64,000 nucleotides of DNA from Alphaproteobacteria bacterium (GTDB lineage: Bacteria; Pseudomonadota; Alphaproteobacteria; UBA828), in NCBI GenBank assembly GCA_965214705.1, contig CBDCCI010000002.1:1216001-1280000 (forward strand), in the 5' to 3' direction. Positions within the stretch are counted from its first letter, which is position 1; the number at the start of each line of letters is the position of its first letter. Shown here one piece after another: positions 19,701 to 27,409 of the stretch. The translations under genes were made by a program, and so were the position numbers. Under the pieces are notes generated by a model, which ran no database searches, was not told where the DNA came from, and worked only from the letters and a program-made list of their open reading frames with translations.

Positions 19701-20234
19701 GACGAGGACCTCTATTCCTGGCTCTTCTATCCCAAGGTGTTCACGGACTACGCGGCGCGCAACGAGCTTTACGGGCCGGTCTCCGCGCTGCCGACCGACG
19801 TCTACTTCTACGGCCTTGCGCCCAGGCGCGAGGTCTCGGTCGAGATCGAGCGCGGCCACACCCTGGTCATCCGCTGCCTCGCCGTCGGCGAGACCGACGA
19901 GGAAGGCGCGGTGCGCGTCTTCTTCGAGCTGAACGGCCAGCCGCGCACGGTCAAGGTGGAGAACCGCGAGGCCTCGGCGAGCGTGGTGCGCCGGCCCAAG
20001 GCCGATCCCGCCAACCCGCGCCACGTCTCGGCCCCGATGCCGGGCGTGGTGGCCTCGGTGGCGGTGGCGAGCGGGCGCCACGTCGTGGCTGGCGATCTGC
20101 TGATGACCGTCGAGGCCATGAAGATGGAGACCGCTCTCCATGCCGAGCGCGACGGCACCGTCGCCGCCCTACACGTGGCAGCCGGCCAGTCGGTCGAGGC
20201 CAAGGACCTCCTCCTCGAATACGCCGAGGCTTGA
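16782..20234 (+). CDS. pyc: Pyruvate carboxylase
   Basis: Biotin carboxylase domain (ANRGEIAIR, GGGGRGM, ERDCSVQRR), carboxyltransferase domain (RDAHQSLLATR, WGGATFD, KDMAG, HTHD) and biotin motif EAMKM; start at ATG 16782. Confidence 0.96.
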   Translation: MSGFERVLVANRGEIAIRVLRAAYEMGKATVAVYAEEDHLSLHRFKADRSYRIGENRGPVTAYLAVDDIIRVAVETRSDAIHPGYGFLSESPEFAEACAEAEIAFIGPKPETLRLLGDKVSARAIAARAGVPTVPATDALPVEPAAALALARDVGFPGILKASWGGGGRGMRTVEAEDEFEAALLAARREADAAFGKDDVYFERFIRRARHLEVQILADGHGRIVHLFERDCSVQRRNQKIVECAPAPGLTAAQRDELTGHALAIARTADYLNAGTVEFLHDLDTDRFHFIEVNPRIQVEHTVTEQVTGVDLARAQIRVAEGGAIGSAPEDACPPQDEIALRGHAVQCRITTEDPLDRFIPDYGRITAYRAATGFGIRLDGGTAYTGAVITRHYDSLLEKVTAWASSREGAIDRMRRALQEFRIRGVATNIDFLERLVGDEAFRQGQVTTRFIDDNPELLTFARPRDRASRLLRYIAETTVNGHPEVKNRPAPPAHARNPSPPPLHAKEPAAGAKALLDAEGPDAVAAWMLAQERTLVTDTTMRDAHQSLLATRMRTYDLCQIADAYAYNLPQLFSLECWGGATFDVALRFLNECPWERLERLRSRVPNILLQMLLRASNGVGYTNYPDNVVRGFVARAAASGIDVFRIFDPLNSVENMRVAVDAVLETGRLCEAAICYTGDLHDESRSRYDIAYYRCMARELRDAGTHILGIKDMAGLVKPAAARELVHALKEETGLPVHFHTHDTSGIAAASVLTAVEAGVDAVDLAMDSLSGFTSQPCLGSVVEALRGQPRETGLDPAHVREISDYWEVVRAQYAAFETDMRAPASEVYLHEMPGGQFTNLREQARALGLAERWHEVAEAYAEVNRMFGDIVKVTPTSKVVGDMALVMVSGGLTRADVEDLDREIAFPESVVGLFRGELGRMPGGFPEPLSSKILKGEAPIEGRPGAVLPPADLEAERARAEEETGWSLLDEDLYSWLFYPKVFTDYAARNELYGPVSALPTDVYFYGLAPRREVSVEIERGHTLVIRCLAVGETDEEGAVRVFFELNGQPRTVKVENREASASVVRRPKADPANPRHVSAPMPGVVASVAVASGRHVVAGDLLMTVEAMKMETALHAERDGTVAALHVAAGQSVEAKDLLLEYAEA

Positions 20235-20256
20235 GCTTGGGCCTCCGTCGTTCCGC

Positions 20257-20286
20257 TTGACGTATCTCAATTGAGATGCATATTGT
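20257..20286 (+). promoter_or_regulatory. Putative sigma70 promoter with palindromic autoregulatory operator for the TA operon
   Basis: TTGACG (20257) and TATTGT (20281), with the perfect palindrome ATCTCAATTGAGAT (20264-20277) in the spacer. Confidence 0.7.
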
Positions 20287-20308
20287 TGGTAACGACGTAG
20301 GATGTCCC

Positions 20309-20608
20309 ATGCCAGCTCAGACTTCGATGCTCCATGTCCGTGTGGACGATCAGCTCAAGGCGAAAGCGGCCGACACGCTGGCCGGCGTTGGCCTGACACT
20401 CTCCGATGCCGTGCGCATCCTGTTGACCCGTGTTGCTGCGGAGGGCGGTTTGCCGGTGGGCCTGACCGCCGATCCTGAAGCCTATGATGCGTGGTTCCGC
20501 GCCAAGGTACGGGAAGCCCTGGACGATCCGCGTCCCGCGGTTCCGCATGAACAAGTTATGACCGGCACGCAGGCGCTCATTGACGGGAAGCGCCGTGCGC
20601 GAACTTGA
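20309..20608 (+). CDS. RelB/DinJ-family antitoxin
   Basis: RHH pattern MLHVRVDDQLKAKAADTLAGVGLTLSDAVRILLTRVAAEGGLP; YDAWFRAKVREALDD tail. Confidence 0.88.
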   Translation: MPAQTSMLHVRVDDQLKAKAADTLAGVGLTLSDAVRILLTRVAAEGGLPVGLTADPEAYDAWFRAKVREALDDPRPAVPHEQVMTGTQALIDGKRRART

Positions 20609-20876
20609 ATGGAAGGCGATGGCGGTCGCCGATCTGATGGCGATCGTTGACTACATCTCGGACGATAATCCAGACGCTGCTCAGGCCTTGAAGGAAGACA
20701 TCGAGGCCAAGACATCCCGCTTGCGGGAGAACCCACGGCTCTACAGGACCGGTCGCGTGGCGGGCACTCGCGAGATGGTTGTGCGCTCGAACTACCTCGT
20801 GGTCTATGCGGAGGACGCCCACACTGTCACGATCCTCCGCGTACTGCACGCAGCCCAACAATGGCCTCAGGCATGA
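20595..20876 (+). CDS. RelE/ParE-family toxin
   Basis: LEWKAMAVADLMAIVDYISDDNP…GRVAGTREMVV…YLVVY…ILRVLHAAQQWP; overlaps the antitoxin. Confidence 0.88.
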   Translation: MRELEWKAMAVADLMAIVDYISDDNPDAAQALKEDIEAKTSRLRENPRLYRTGRVAGTREMVVRSNYLVVYAEDAHTVTILRVLHAAQQWPQA

Positions 20877-20979
20877 AGGGGACCATCGCGGCCCTGCACG
20901 TGGCGGCCAGCCAATCGGTCGAGGCCAAGGACCTCTTCCTCGAACACGCCGAGTCCTGAGCGCCCCTGACGCTATCTAC

Positions 20980-22218
20980 TCACATCGTCCTCGTTGCCGG
21001 GGGTGCCCCCTCCCATTCCCCGCCATAGGTACGTTCGATGTGGGATCGGGTGGGACGCAGGCCGCTGGTGCTGGCGATGACCGCCTCGCGGCGGGCACGG
21101 GCGTCGAGGTCTTCCGGCGGTGACGCGTCGCGCCGGATGCGGGGCGTCGCCGCGCCCGGAAAGTTCCAAGCGGTGAGCCAGCGGGCGATGGACCCGTTCA
21201 ACGCGTCGTCGAGCAGGCGGCAGTCGGCGGCGACGGTCTCGTCGCGCACGTCGCGCTGCACTTCGGCGGTGCCGCGCCAGGGCCCCATGTCGGTGGTGGC
21301 GGACTGTCCCAGGATCGTGGTCGCGATGGCACGGTCGAGGTAGGCGACGAAGGCCTGGAAATCGCCGCCGGCACGACGCGCGCTCTCGACGATCTCGATC
21401 TCCTGGCCCTCGGGCAGGATGACGCCGAGGCTGGTGGCGAAGGATTGGACCAAGTCCAGGAGGTCGGCCTTTTGCTCGGCGCTCGCGTTCCTCGGATAGG
21501 TGCCCTTGACGCCGGGCGCGCCGAACTTTTCGAGCGCGACGGACCAGAACTTGAGCCCGTGGCGCTTGAGCCAGACCGGCCAGAAGCACCAGCGCGCGAG
21601 GCCCGGCCCGTGGGGCAGGTCGCCGTGCTCGCCGGGGCGGCGCAGGATCGCGAATTTTGCGTCCGGCAGCGGCTCGCCCAGCGGATGCGCGTCGGTGCGG
21701 AGCAAAGGCGCGCCCTCCGCCGACCAGCGGAAGCGGTCGGGCGCGCGCACCATGAGGTGGTCGAGCACCACCCGATCGCCAGCGCGGGCCCAGAGCGCCT
21801 CGGCGATGGCGTAGCCGTACCAGACCCCGTGCAGGAGCTGGCGGCTGACGGCATCGAAGCCGACGCCTTCGAGCTGACGGGCGAGGTCGTCGGTCGCGGC
21901 GCGATCGTTTGGCCCGTCGCCGCCGGGCTCGACCGTCCAGGGCCGCGCGATGGCGGCATCGAGGCGCTGGTCGAGAGCCGCCTGGCAGCGCTCGTCCCGC
22001 AGGATGTCGCGATAGATGCGGAGCGCATGCCCCTCGTCGCGGTAGCGCTCGGCGTAGCGCGAGGGCTGACGCGGGTTGAGCGGCAACTCACCGATATAGG
22101 GCTGGAGGCGGCCGGCGATGCTGGCGGCGGCGACCTCGCCGTAGGGTGGCCCCGCCGGCACGCTGGCGCGGGAGGGAGGGAGAAGCCGGCGGAGCCGGGC
22201 CGCGAGGGCCGCCGCCAT
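20980..22218 (-). CDS. Mu-like phage portal protein (gp29/DUF935 family)
   Basis: Motifs PWTVEPGG, GVWYGYAIAE, GLARWCFWPVWLK…KFWSVALEKFGAP, IATTILGQSATTD and AEVQRDVRDE. Confidence 0.85.
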   Translation of the reverse strand: MAAALAARLRRLLPPSRASVPAGPPYGEVAAASIAGRLQPYIGELPLNPRQPSRYAERYRDEGHALRIYRDILRDERCQAALDQRLDAAIARPWTVEPGGDGPNDRAATDDLARQLEGVGFDAVSRQLLHGVWYGYAIAEALWARAGDRVVLDHLMVRAPDRFRWSAEGAPLLRTDAHPLGEPLPDAKFAILRRPGEHGDLPHGPGLARWCFWPVWLKRHGLKFWSVALEKFGAPGVKGTYPRNASAEQKADLLDLVQSFATSLGVILPEGQEIEIVESARRAGGDFQAFVAYLDRAIATTILGQSATTDMGPWRGTAEVQRDVRDETVAADCRLLDDALNGSIARWLTAWNFPGAATPRIRRDASPPEDLDARARREAVIASTSGLRPTRSHIERTYGGEWEGAPPATRTM

Positions 22219-22356
22219 CAGACGAGGCTCCGGTTGGCTGGGAGAGACGCGGAGGATTGGGCGTTCGTCATGCCCCGATCATTGCGACCTCGGCGCACCC
22301 TGTGCACCGCACCATGGTGCGGGGCCTCTTCGCGCGCCTCGGTCGCCTTCCGCCGA

Positions 22357-23733
22357 TCAGTAGAACCCCGCAAGCGAAGCAGCGCGCGGGCCGGCGCTGG
22401 CGCCTCCGGCGGACGCACTGCCGTCGCGGGCGGCGGTGCAGGCCAGGGCCAGCGCCCAGAATCGGTCGGCGTGGCCGTCGGTGCCCGAGCGTTCGGCAAG
22501 CAGCCGCGGCGCCCCGGTCGGCCCGGCCTCGGCGCGGACGGCATGGAGGTCGCGCCTAAGCTCCGCGTCGGGCGGGATGCGGAGGCGGCGATCCTCTACC
22601 GCCTCGCGCAGCGCCGTTGCCACATCGAGCCTGCGCGGACCGGACATCAGCACGCCCTCGACCACGGTCCGGCCCAGGTCTTCCTGCAGCTGCTCCACCA
22701 CGGCCTCGCCCATGCCGGTCTGGTCCACGGCGATGCGCACCGGCCGATAGCGCGCCGCAAGGTCGCCCACGATCGCCCGCTGCTGGCTGAAGGGGATGCC
22801 CTGGCGGACCGCCAGCTCGCGCAGCCAGAGCACGTCGCCCACCTGCTCGAGCACCGCTGCGACCCAGAGGTCACGCCGCCTCGCCACGTCCACGCCGACG
22901 GTGGCGGCTCCGCCGGCGAAGGCGGCGGGGTCGCCTGCGGTAGGGTCTTCGCAGGCGCGGATCGCCTCCCACGCGAGCCAGGCCCCGCCACCGGCGGCGG
23001 GGATGCAGTCGAGTTCTTCGCCCGAATGGCTGCCGTATTCGGCCCTGAGCGCGCCCTCCCATTCGGCCTCGGCGGCGGCCGACCAGGGGCGGCCCTGCCC
23101 CTCGACGATACGGCGAAAGAGACCCTGCGCCAGCGCCTCCTTGAGCGTGGTGCGGTGCAGCGAGCCCGGCCGCGCGCCCTCGTCGATCTCGCGGCAGAGC
23201 GTCGCGAAGGGGTTGGCCTCGCCGTTGTGGGTGCTGATGACGTGCGCCCGCCCACCCCAGACGCGGAAGGCGAGCGCCGCCTTCAGCACCTCACCGAGGT
23301 CGTCGACGAAGGCCGCCTCGTCGACGATGGCAAGATCGCCGGGCCGGCCCTTGGAGCGGAAGGCGCGCGGCGCCGAGGTCATGGCGAGGATTTCGTGGCC
23401 TGAGCCGAAGGCGATGCGGAAGGCCCGCACGGCACGCCCATCCTCGACCATCAAGGTCTCGCCGAGCGCGCCGGCCTTGTTCTGCAACCTCTCTGCCCAG
23501 CCGGCGCAGTCCTCGATGAAGCCCCGGGTCATCTCCAGGTTGTAAGCCTGGTAATAGACGTTGCCGCCCCCTTTCGAGCCCGCGTGTATTACCGCGTCGT
23601 AGGCCTCGGCCCAGGAGATGCCGATGCGTCGCGCCTTTTCGATCACCTTGAAACCTGCAGGGTCCGACACCCAGCGGGCCTGATAGGGGAGGAGGGAGAG
23701 GTGGAGCGATTCACCAGAAGCAGGGCCAACCAT
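22357..23733 (-). CDS. Mu-like large terminase subunit (gp28 family)
   Basis: LLPYQARW, EKARRIGISW (Walker A-like), IVDEAAF (Walker B), ISTHNG, and nuclease acidic motifs GVDVAR, IAVDQTGMG and GHADRFWALALA. Start is 23733 or 23769. Confidence 0.87.
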   Translation of the reverse strand: MVGPASGESLHLSLLPYQARWVSDPAGFKVIEKARRIGISWAEAYDAVIHAGSKGGGNVYYQAYNLEMTRGFIEDCAGWAERLQNKAGALGETLMVEDGRAVRAFRIAFGSGHEILAMTSAPRAFRSKGRPGDLAIVDEAAFVDDLGEVLKAALAFRVWGGRAHVISTHNGEANPFATLCREIDEGARPGSLHRTTLKEALAQGLFRRIVEGQGRPWSAAAEAEWEGALRAEYGSHSGEELDCIPAAGGGAWLAWEAIRACEDPTAGDPAAFAGGAATVGVDVARRRDLWVAAVLEQVGDVLWLRELAVRQGIPFSQQRAIVGDLAARYRPVRIAVDQTGMGEAVVEQLQEDLGRTVVEGVLMSGPRRLDVATALREAVEDRRLRIPPDAELRRDLHAVRAEAGPTGAPRLLAERSGTDGHADRFWALALACTAARDGSASAGGASAGPRAASLAGFY

Positions 23734-23890
23734 GCCCGTACCATGACGGCACCCGGCGCCAACGGCCATCGCACCAAGGTGCGGGGCGCGCGATCGGGCG
23801 CGAGCTCCATCGCGCTGACTATGCGTTGAACGCAGCGCCGCTCCTATGGGACGATGGCAGCAACCACCAACGAATACCGGGAGATGACCG

Positions 23891-25060
23891 ATGACCTACG
23901 ATCCCCGTACTGCCACCGGAATTCCGACTGAGCCCGTGGGCTCGCTGCCCCGCCCGTCCAAGCTTCAGGCCGCCTACGCCGCCTACGATGCGGGCGACAT
24001 TTCGAAAGCCGATCTCGAGGCCGAGCAGGAGGAGGCGGTGCGCGATTCGATTTCGCGCATGGAGGCCGCCGGCTCACCCATCGTCTCCGACGGCGAGCAA
24101 CGCTGGTCCAGCTTCGCCACCTATCCGATCACCGACACGCTCGCGGGAACGGGCCTCGCCGACCATCTTGCGGGCGGCGGCCAGTACTTCGCCATCTTCG
24201 CCGATGGCCACCATCGCCAGCTGCCGCGGCTCACCGGCGGCCCGTTCCGCTACAAGAGCTTCGCGGCCGATTCTCTCAAGCTCTCGATCAAGTCCGCGAC
24301 CAAGCCGATGAAGCAGGCGGTCATCGCGCCCTCGATGCTGGCGCTGCTCTACCCCCTCGACGAGGAGATCGAAGGCTACTCGCGCGAGGCGTTCGAGGCC
24401 GACCTGATCGACGAGTGCGAGAAGGACGTGCGCGAGGCCTTTGCCGTCGGCGCGGTGCGCGTCTCCATCGACTTCACCGAAGGCCGGCTCTCCTGCCGCA
24501 ACGATTCGCGCAATCCCTGGACCGGCCGCCAGATGCTCCCGCACTTCATCGAGCTCATCAACGGCGTGCTCGACCGCTTCACGGCTGAGGAGCGGGTGAA
24601 CATCGGCATCCACACCTGCCCCGGCGGTGACTGCGATTCCGTGCACAGCGCCGACGTGCCCTACAACGACCTGCTGCCCAGCATGTTCCAGCTCAACGCC
24701 GGTTACTTCATGATCCAGTTCAAGAGCGAGCGGAACCAGGAGCAGGTCTACAAGGACATCGCGGCGAGCATCCGCACCGACGCCAACGGCGTCACGCAGA
24801 TGGCCTACATCGGCGTCATCAACCCGCAGAACCCGCGGGTCGAATCGCCCGAGGAGGTGTGCGAGCAGCTGATCGCGGCGGCCAATCACCTGCCGAAGGA
24901 GCAGATCGCGTCCACCGACGATTGCGGCTTCTCGCCCTTCAGCATCGACGTGAAGCCCAACCACGGCTCGCCCGATTACGCCCGCGACGTGGCGTTCCAG
25001 AAGATCGAGTCCCGCATCAAGGGAACGCAGATGGCGGCCGAGAAGCTCCGCATTCACTAA
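23891..25060 (+). CDS. Cobalamin-independent methionine synthase catalytic-domain (MetE-like core) family protein
   Basis: Motifs TEPVGSLPRP, SDGEQ, Zn-binding HTC and DDCGF; single-domain length. Confidence 0.75.
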   Translation: MTYDPRTATGIPTEPVGSLPRPSKLQAAYAAYDAGDISKADLEAEQEEAVRDSISRMEAAGSPIVSDGEQRWSSFATYPITDTLAGTGLADHLAGGGQYFAIFADGHHRQLPRLTGGPFRYKSFAADSLKLSIKSATKPMKQAVIAPSMLALLYPLDEEIEGYSREAFEADLIDECEKDVREAFAVGAVRVSIDFTEGRLSCRNDSRNPWTGRQMLPHFIELINGVLDRFTAEERVNIGIHTCPGGDCDSVHSADVPYNDLLPSMFQLNAGYFMIQFKSERNQEQVYKDIAASIRTDANGVTQMAYIGVINPQNPRVESPEEVCEQLIAAANHLPKEQIASTDDCGFSPFSIDVKPNHGSPDYARDVAFQKIESRIKGTQMAAEKLRIH

Positions 25061-25070
25061 GCGACGACGT

Positions 25071-25097
25071 GCGGCCGGTCCGAGACGGGCCGGCCGC
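25071..25097 (+). terminator. GC-rich stem-loop after the MetE-like gene
   Basis: GCGGCCGGTCCG-AGA-CGGGCCGGCCGC followed by GCGTTTCT; weak U-tract. Confidence 0.45.
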
Positions 25098-25133
25098 GCG
25101 TTTCTCCTACGGCCATGCCGCGGTGACGGCCTC

Positions 25134-25310
25134 GTGACGCGCTATCAGTGCCGCTGGTGCGGCTACGTCTACGATCCCGCCAGGGGCGAGGCGCAGCGCG
25201 AGACGCCGCCGGGCACGCCGTTCGCGGACCTGCCGGATGACTGGTGCTGCCCCGACTGCCGCGCGCCCAAGGCCGATTTCGATCCGGTGGAGGAGGGCGA
25301 AGCCGCCTGA
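25134..25310 (+). CDS. Rubredoxin (58 aa, not in the ORF track)
   Basis: Hand translation from GTG gives MTRYQCRWCGYVYDPARGEAQRETPPGTPFADLPDDWCCPDCRAPKADFDPVEEGEAA, with CxxCGYxYD and WxCPxC motifs. Confidence 0.9.
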   Translation: MTRYQCRWCGYVYDPARGEAQRETPPGTPFADLPDDWCCPDCRAPKADFDPVEEGEAA

Positions 25311-25349
25311 CGACGGGCCCGCGAGGTGCCTCTCGGTCGTCTGACCGCT

Positions 25350-26444
25350 TCACTCCGCAAGCGAGATGTCGACGGCGCCCTCGACCAGGTAGTCCATCCC
25401 CCACAGCTCTCGGTCGGAGGGAACCTTGCCTTCCGGCACCGCGAGCGTGCCGTTGTTGCGGTAGAGCGGCCCCTCGAAGGGATCGAGCTCGCCCGCGATC
25501 ATCTTGGCGCGCGCCCGCTCGACGTCCGCCACCGCCGCGCGCGGCACCCACGCGGCGATGGGCTCCAACTCGAAGACACCGGTCTCGATGCCCCTCCACC
25601 AATTCGGCCTCTCGGGAGTCCAGGTGCCTTTGACGATCGCTCGAATCGTGGGAATCAGGTACGCCTCCCACGTGTAGATCATCGAGGCCGCGACGCCCTT
25701 CGGCGCCTCCTCGGACATGTCGATCTGAAAGCCGATCGACCACTTGCCGCGATCCTCGAAAGCGCGGTGCGGCCCCGGTGCGCTCAGGTTCGAACCCAGC
25801 ACGTCGACTCCCTGCGCCATCAGGCTCTCGGCCGCCTGCGTTTCCTTGCTCGGGTCGAACCAGGTGTTGACGTAGATGCCGATCATCTCGACGGCGGGAT
25901 TGACCGACTGGGCCCCGCGCAAGAAGGCGTTGAGGTCCCAGGTCACGGGGCCCAGCCGATAGCCGCCGAGGGCGCCGATCTTCTCGGTTCGGGTCAGGTG
26001 GCCGGCGATGATCCCCGCCAGGTACCAGCCCTGATACGTGCGGGCATAGAAGCTCTCCAGATTGGGCGCCGTGGTCGCACCGGCGCAGTTCAGGAAGGCC
26101 ACGTCGGGGTATCTGCGCGCGGCCTCGCGCAAGGCGTCGCTGTGGCCCCAGGAGGTGCCGATGATGATGTTGTAGCCCTCGCGCACGTAGCGGTCGACGA
26201 GCTGCAGGATGACCGCCCACTCCTCGGGCACCCGCTGGCTGACGGCGATCTTGAGCCCGAGCGCCTCCTCGGTCTTGACCCGCGCGCGGTCGAGCGCCTC
26301 CGACCAGCCGCCGTCGTCGACGGTGCCGAGATGGAGCATCGCGGCCTTGGGCCTGCCTTCCAGCTTGAATGCCGCCTGCGTCGCGGAAAGGGGGAGCAAG
26401 CTGGCTGCGAGCAGCGCGATGACACCGAAGATCAGTCCACGCAT
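25350..26444 (-). CDS. BMP-family (purine/nucleoside-type) periplasmic binding protein
   Basis: Signal peptide; motifs DDGGWS, GYNIIIGTSWG, YLAGIIAG, NAFLRGAQSVNP and TWFDP. Confidence 0.85.
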   Translation of the reverse strand: MRGLIFGVIALLAASLLPLSATQAAFKLEGRPKAAMLHLGTVDDGGWSEALDRARVKTEEALGLKIAVSQRVPEEWAVILQLVDRYVREGYNIIIGTSWGHSDALREAARRYPDVAFLNCAGATTAPNLESFYARTYQGWYLAGIIAGHLTRTEKIGALGGYRLGPVTWDLNAFLRGAQSVNPAVEMIGIYVNTWFDPSKETQAAESLMAQGVDVLGSNLSAPGPHRAFEDRGKWSIGFQIDMSEEAPKGVAASMIYTWEAYLIPTIRAIVKGTWTPERPNWWRGIETGVFELEPIAAWVPRAAVADVERARAKMIAGELDPFEGPLYRNNGTLAVPEGKVPSDRELWGMDYLVEGAVDISLAE

Positions 26445-26564
26445 GACCGGATCATGCCGCTCGATTGCCTCAGCGGGTCAAGTATGGCGCCTCCAAACGC
26501 CTCCTGCACCTGGGAAGGGTCGTCTTGTCGGCGAATCACACGCGATTGTTACGCCATCCACCCG

Positions 26565-27374
26565 TCACTCCGCCTCGACGACGAGGCGCTGGGCGAAGGC
26601 ATCGCCATCGTCGAAGCCGCCGAAGCGCGCGATCTCCTCCTCCGGCGGTGCCTCGCAGGACCACATGCGGCTCGGCACCCAGCCGCACTGGCGCTTGAGG
26701 TTCGCGGCGTACTCGGCGCGCTTCATCGCCGCGATGGAGGGATCGATGACGGGGACACCGACCGCCCTTTCCACCTCGCGGTAGAAGCCGATCTCCAGCG
26801 TACAGCCGAGGATCAGAGCCTCGGCGTAGTCCTCCTCCACCGCCTTGCGCCCCGCCGCGACCAGCCGGCGCTCGGTCTCCGCGTGATCGGTCTGGAAGTC
26901 GTTGACCCCGAGCTCGACGTGGTAGAAGCCCGAGAGACGTTCGCCGTAGCCGTGCTCGCGCGCGACCGCGTTCATCTGGTTCACCCACTTGCGGCGGCCC
27001 ACGATGATGCCGAAACGGTTGGCGAGGCTCGCCGCGATCTCGCAAGAGGCGAGGCACGGCGCGGTCACGATCATCTCGCCCGAAATCTCGCGGGCATCGT
27101 GCAGCCCAGTGTCGTAGAAGCAGCCGATGGCGAGCGCGTCGAAGTCCTCGCGCGCCGCCTGCCGCGTCGCCTGGATGATGCCGCGCGAGACGATGGTCTC
27201 GTAGGAGCGGTACTCGATATGGGTGAAGCTGCCGCCCGGATCCGCAAGGCAGGTGATGTGCACCTCCGTGCCGGGCTGCTTGTAGGTGCGTGCCATGTCG
27301 GCGAACACTTCATCGTAGGCGTCGGTGCCGACCGGGTTCAGGTACATCAGCTTGAGGGGGGCGTTGGCTTTCAT
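26565..27374 (-). CDS. Asp/Glu/hydantoin racemase
   Basis: Motifs YLNPV, IGCFYDTG, ILGCT and VPVIDP (two catalytic Cys); start at ATG 27374. Confidence 0.85.
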   Translation of the reverse strand: MKANAPLKLMYLNPVGTDAYDEVFADMARTYKQPGTEVHITCLADPGGSFTHIEYRSYETIVSRGIIQATRQAAREDFDALAIGCFYDTGLHDAREISGEMIVTAPCLASCEIAASLANRFGIIVGRRKWVNQMNAVAREHGYGERLSGFYHVELGVNDFQTDHAETERRLVAAGRKAVEEDYAEALILGCTLEIGFYREVERAVGVPVIDPSIAAMKRAEYAANLKRQCGWVPSRMWSCEAPPEEEIARFGGFDDGDAFAQRLVVEAE

Positions 27375-27409
27375 GCGGTCCTCCCGTTGTCTGAAACGAT
27401 TGTCTCGAA

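Larger units (their letters stand above)
20154..20961 (+). repeat. 83-bp imperfect direct repeat of the pyc 3' end (20154-20236 and 20879-20961) flanking the TA cassette
   Basis: Ungapped alignment by hand gives 11 mismatches in 83 bp. The copies encode GTVAALHVAAGQSVEAKDLLLEYAEA* and GTIAALHVAASQSVEAKDLFLEHAES*. Confidence 0.9.

Noticed and set aside
20980-23769. Calling a prophage
   Set aside because: Only terminase and portal are present; no capsid, tail, transposase or attachment signatures were found.
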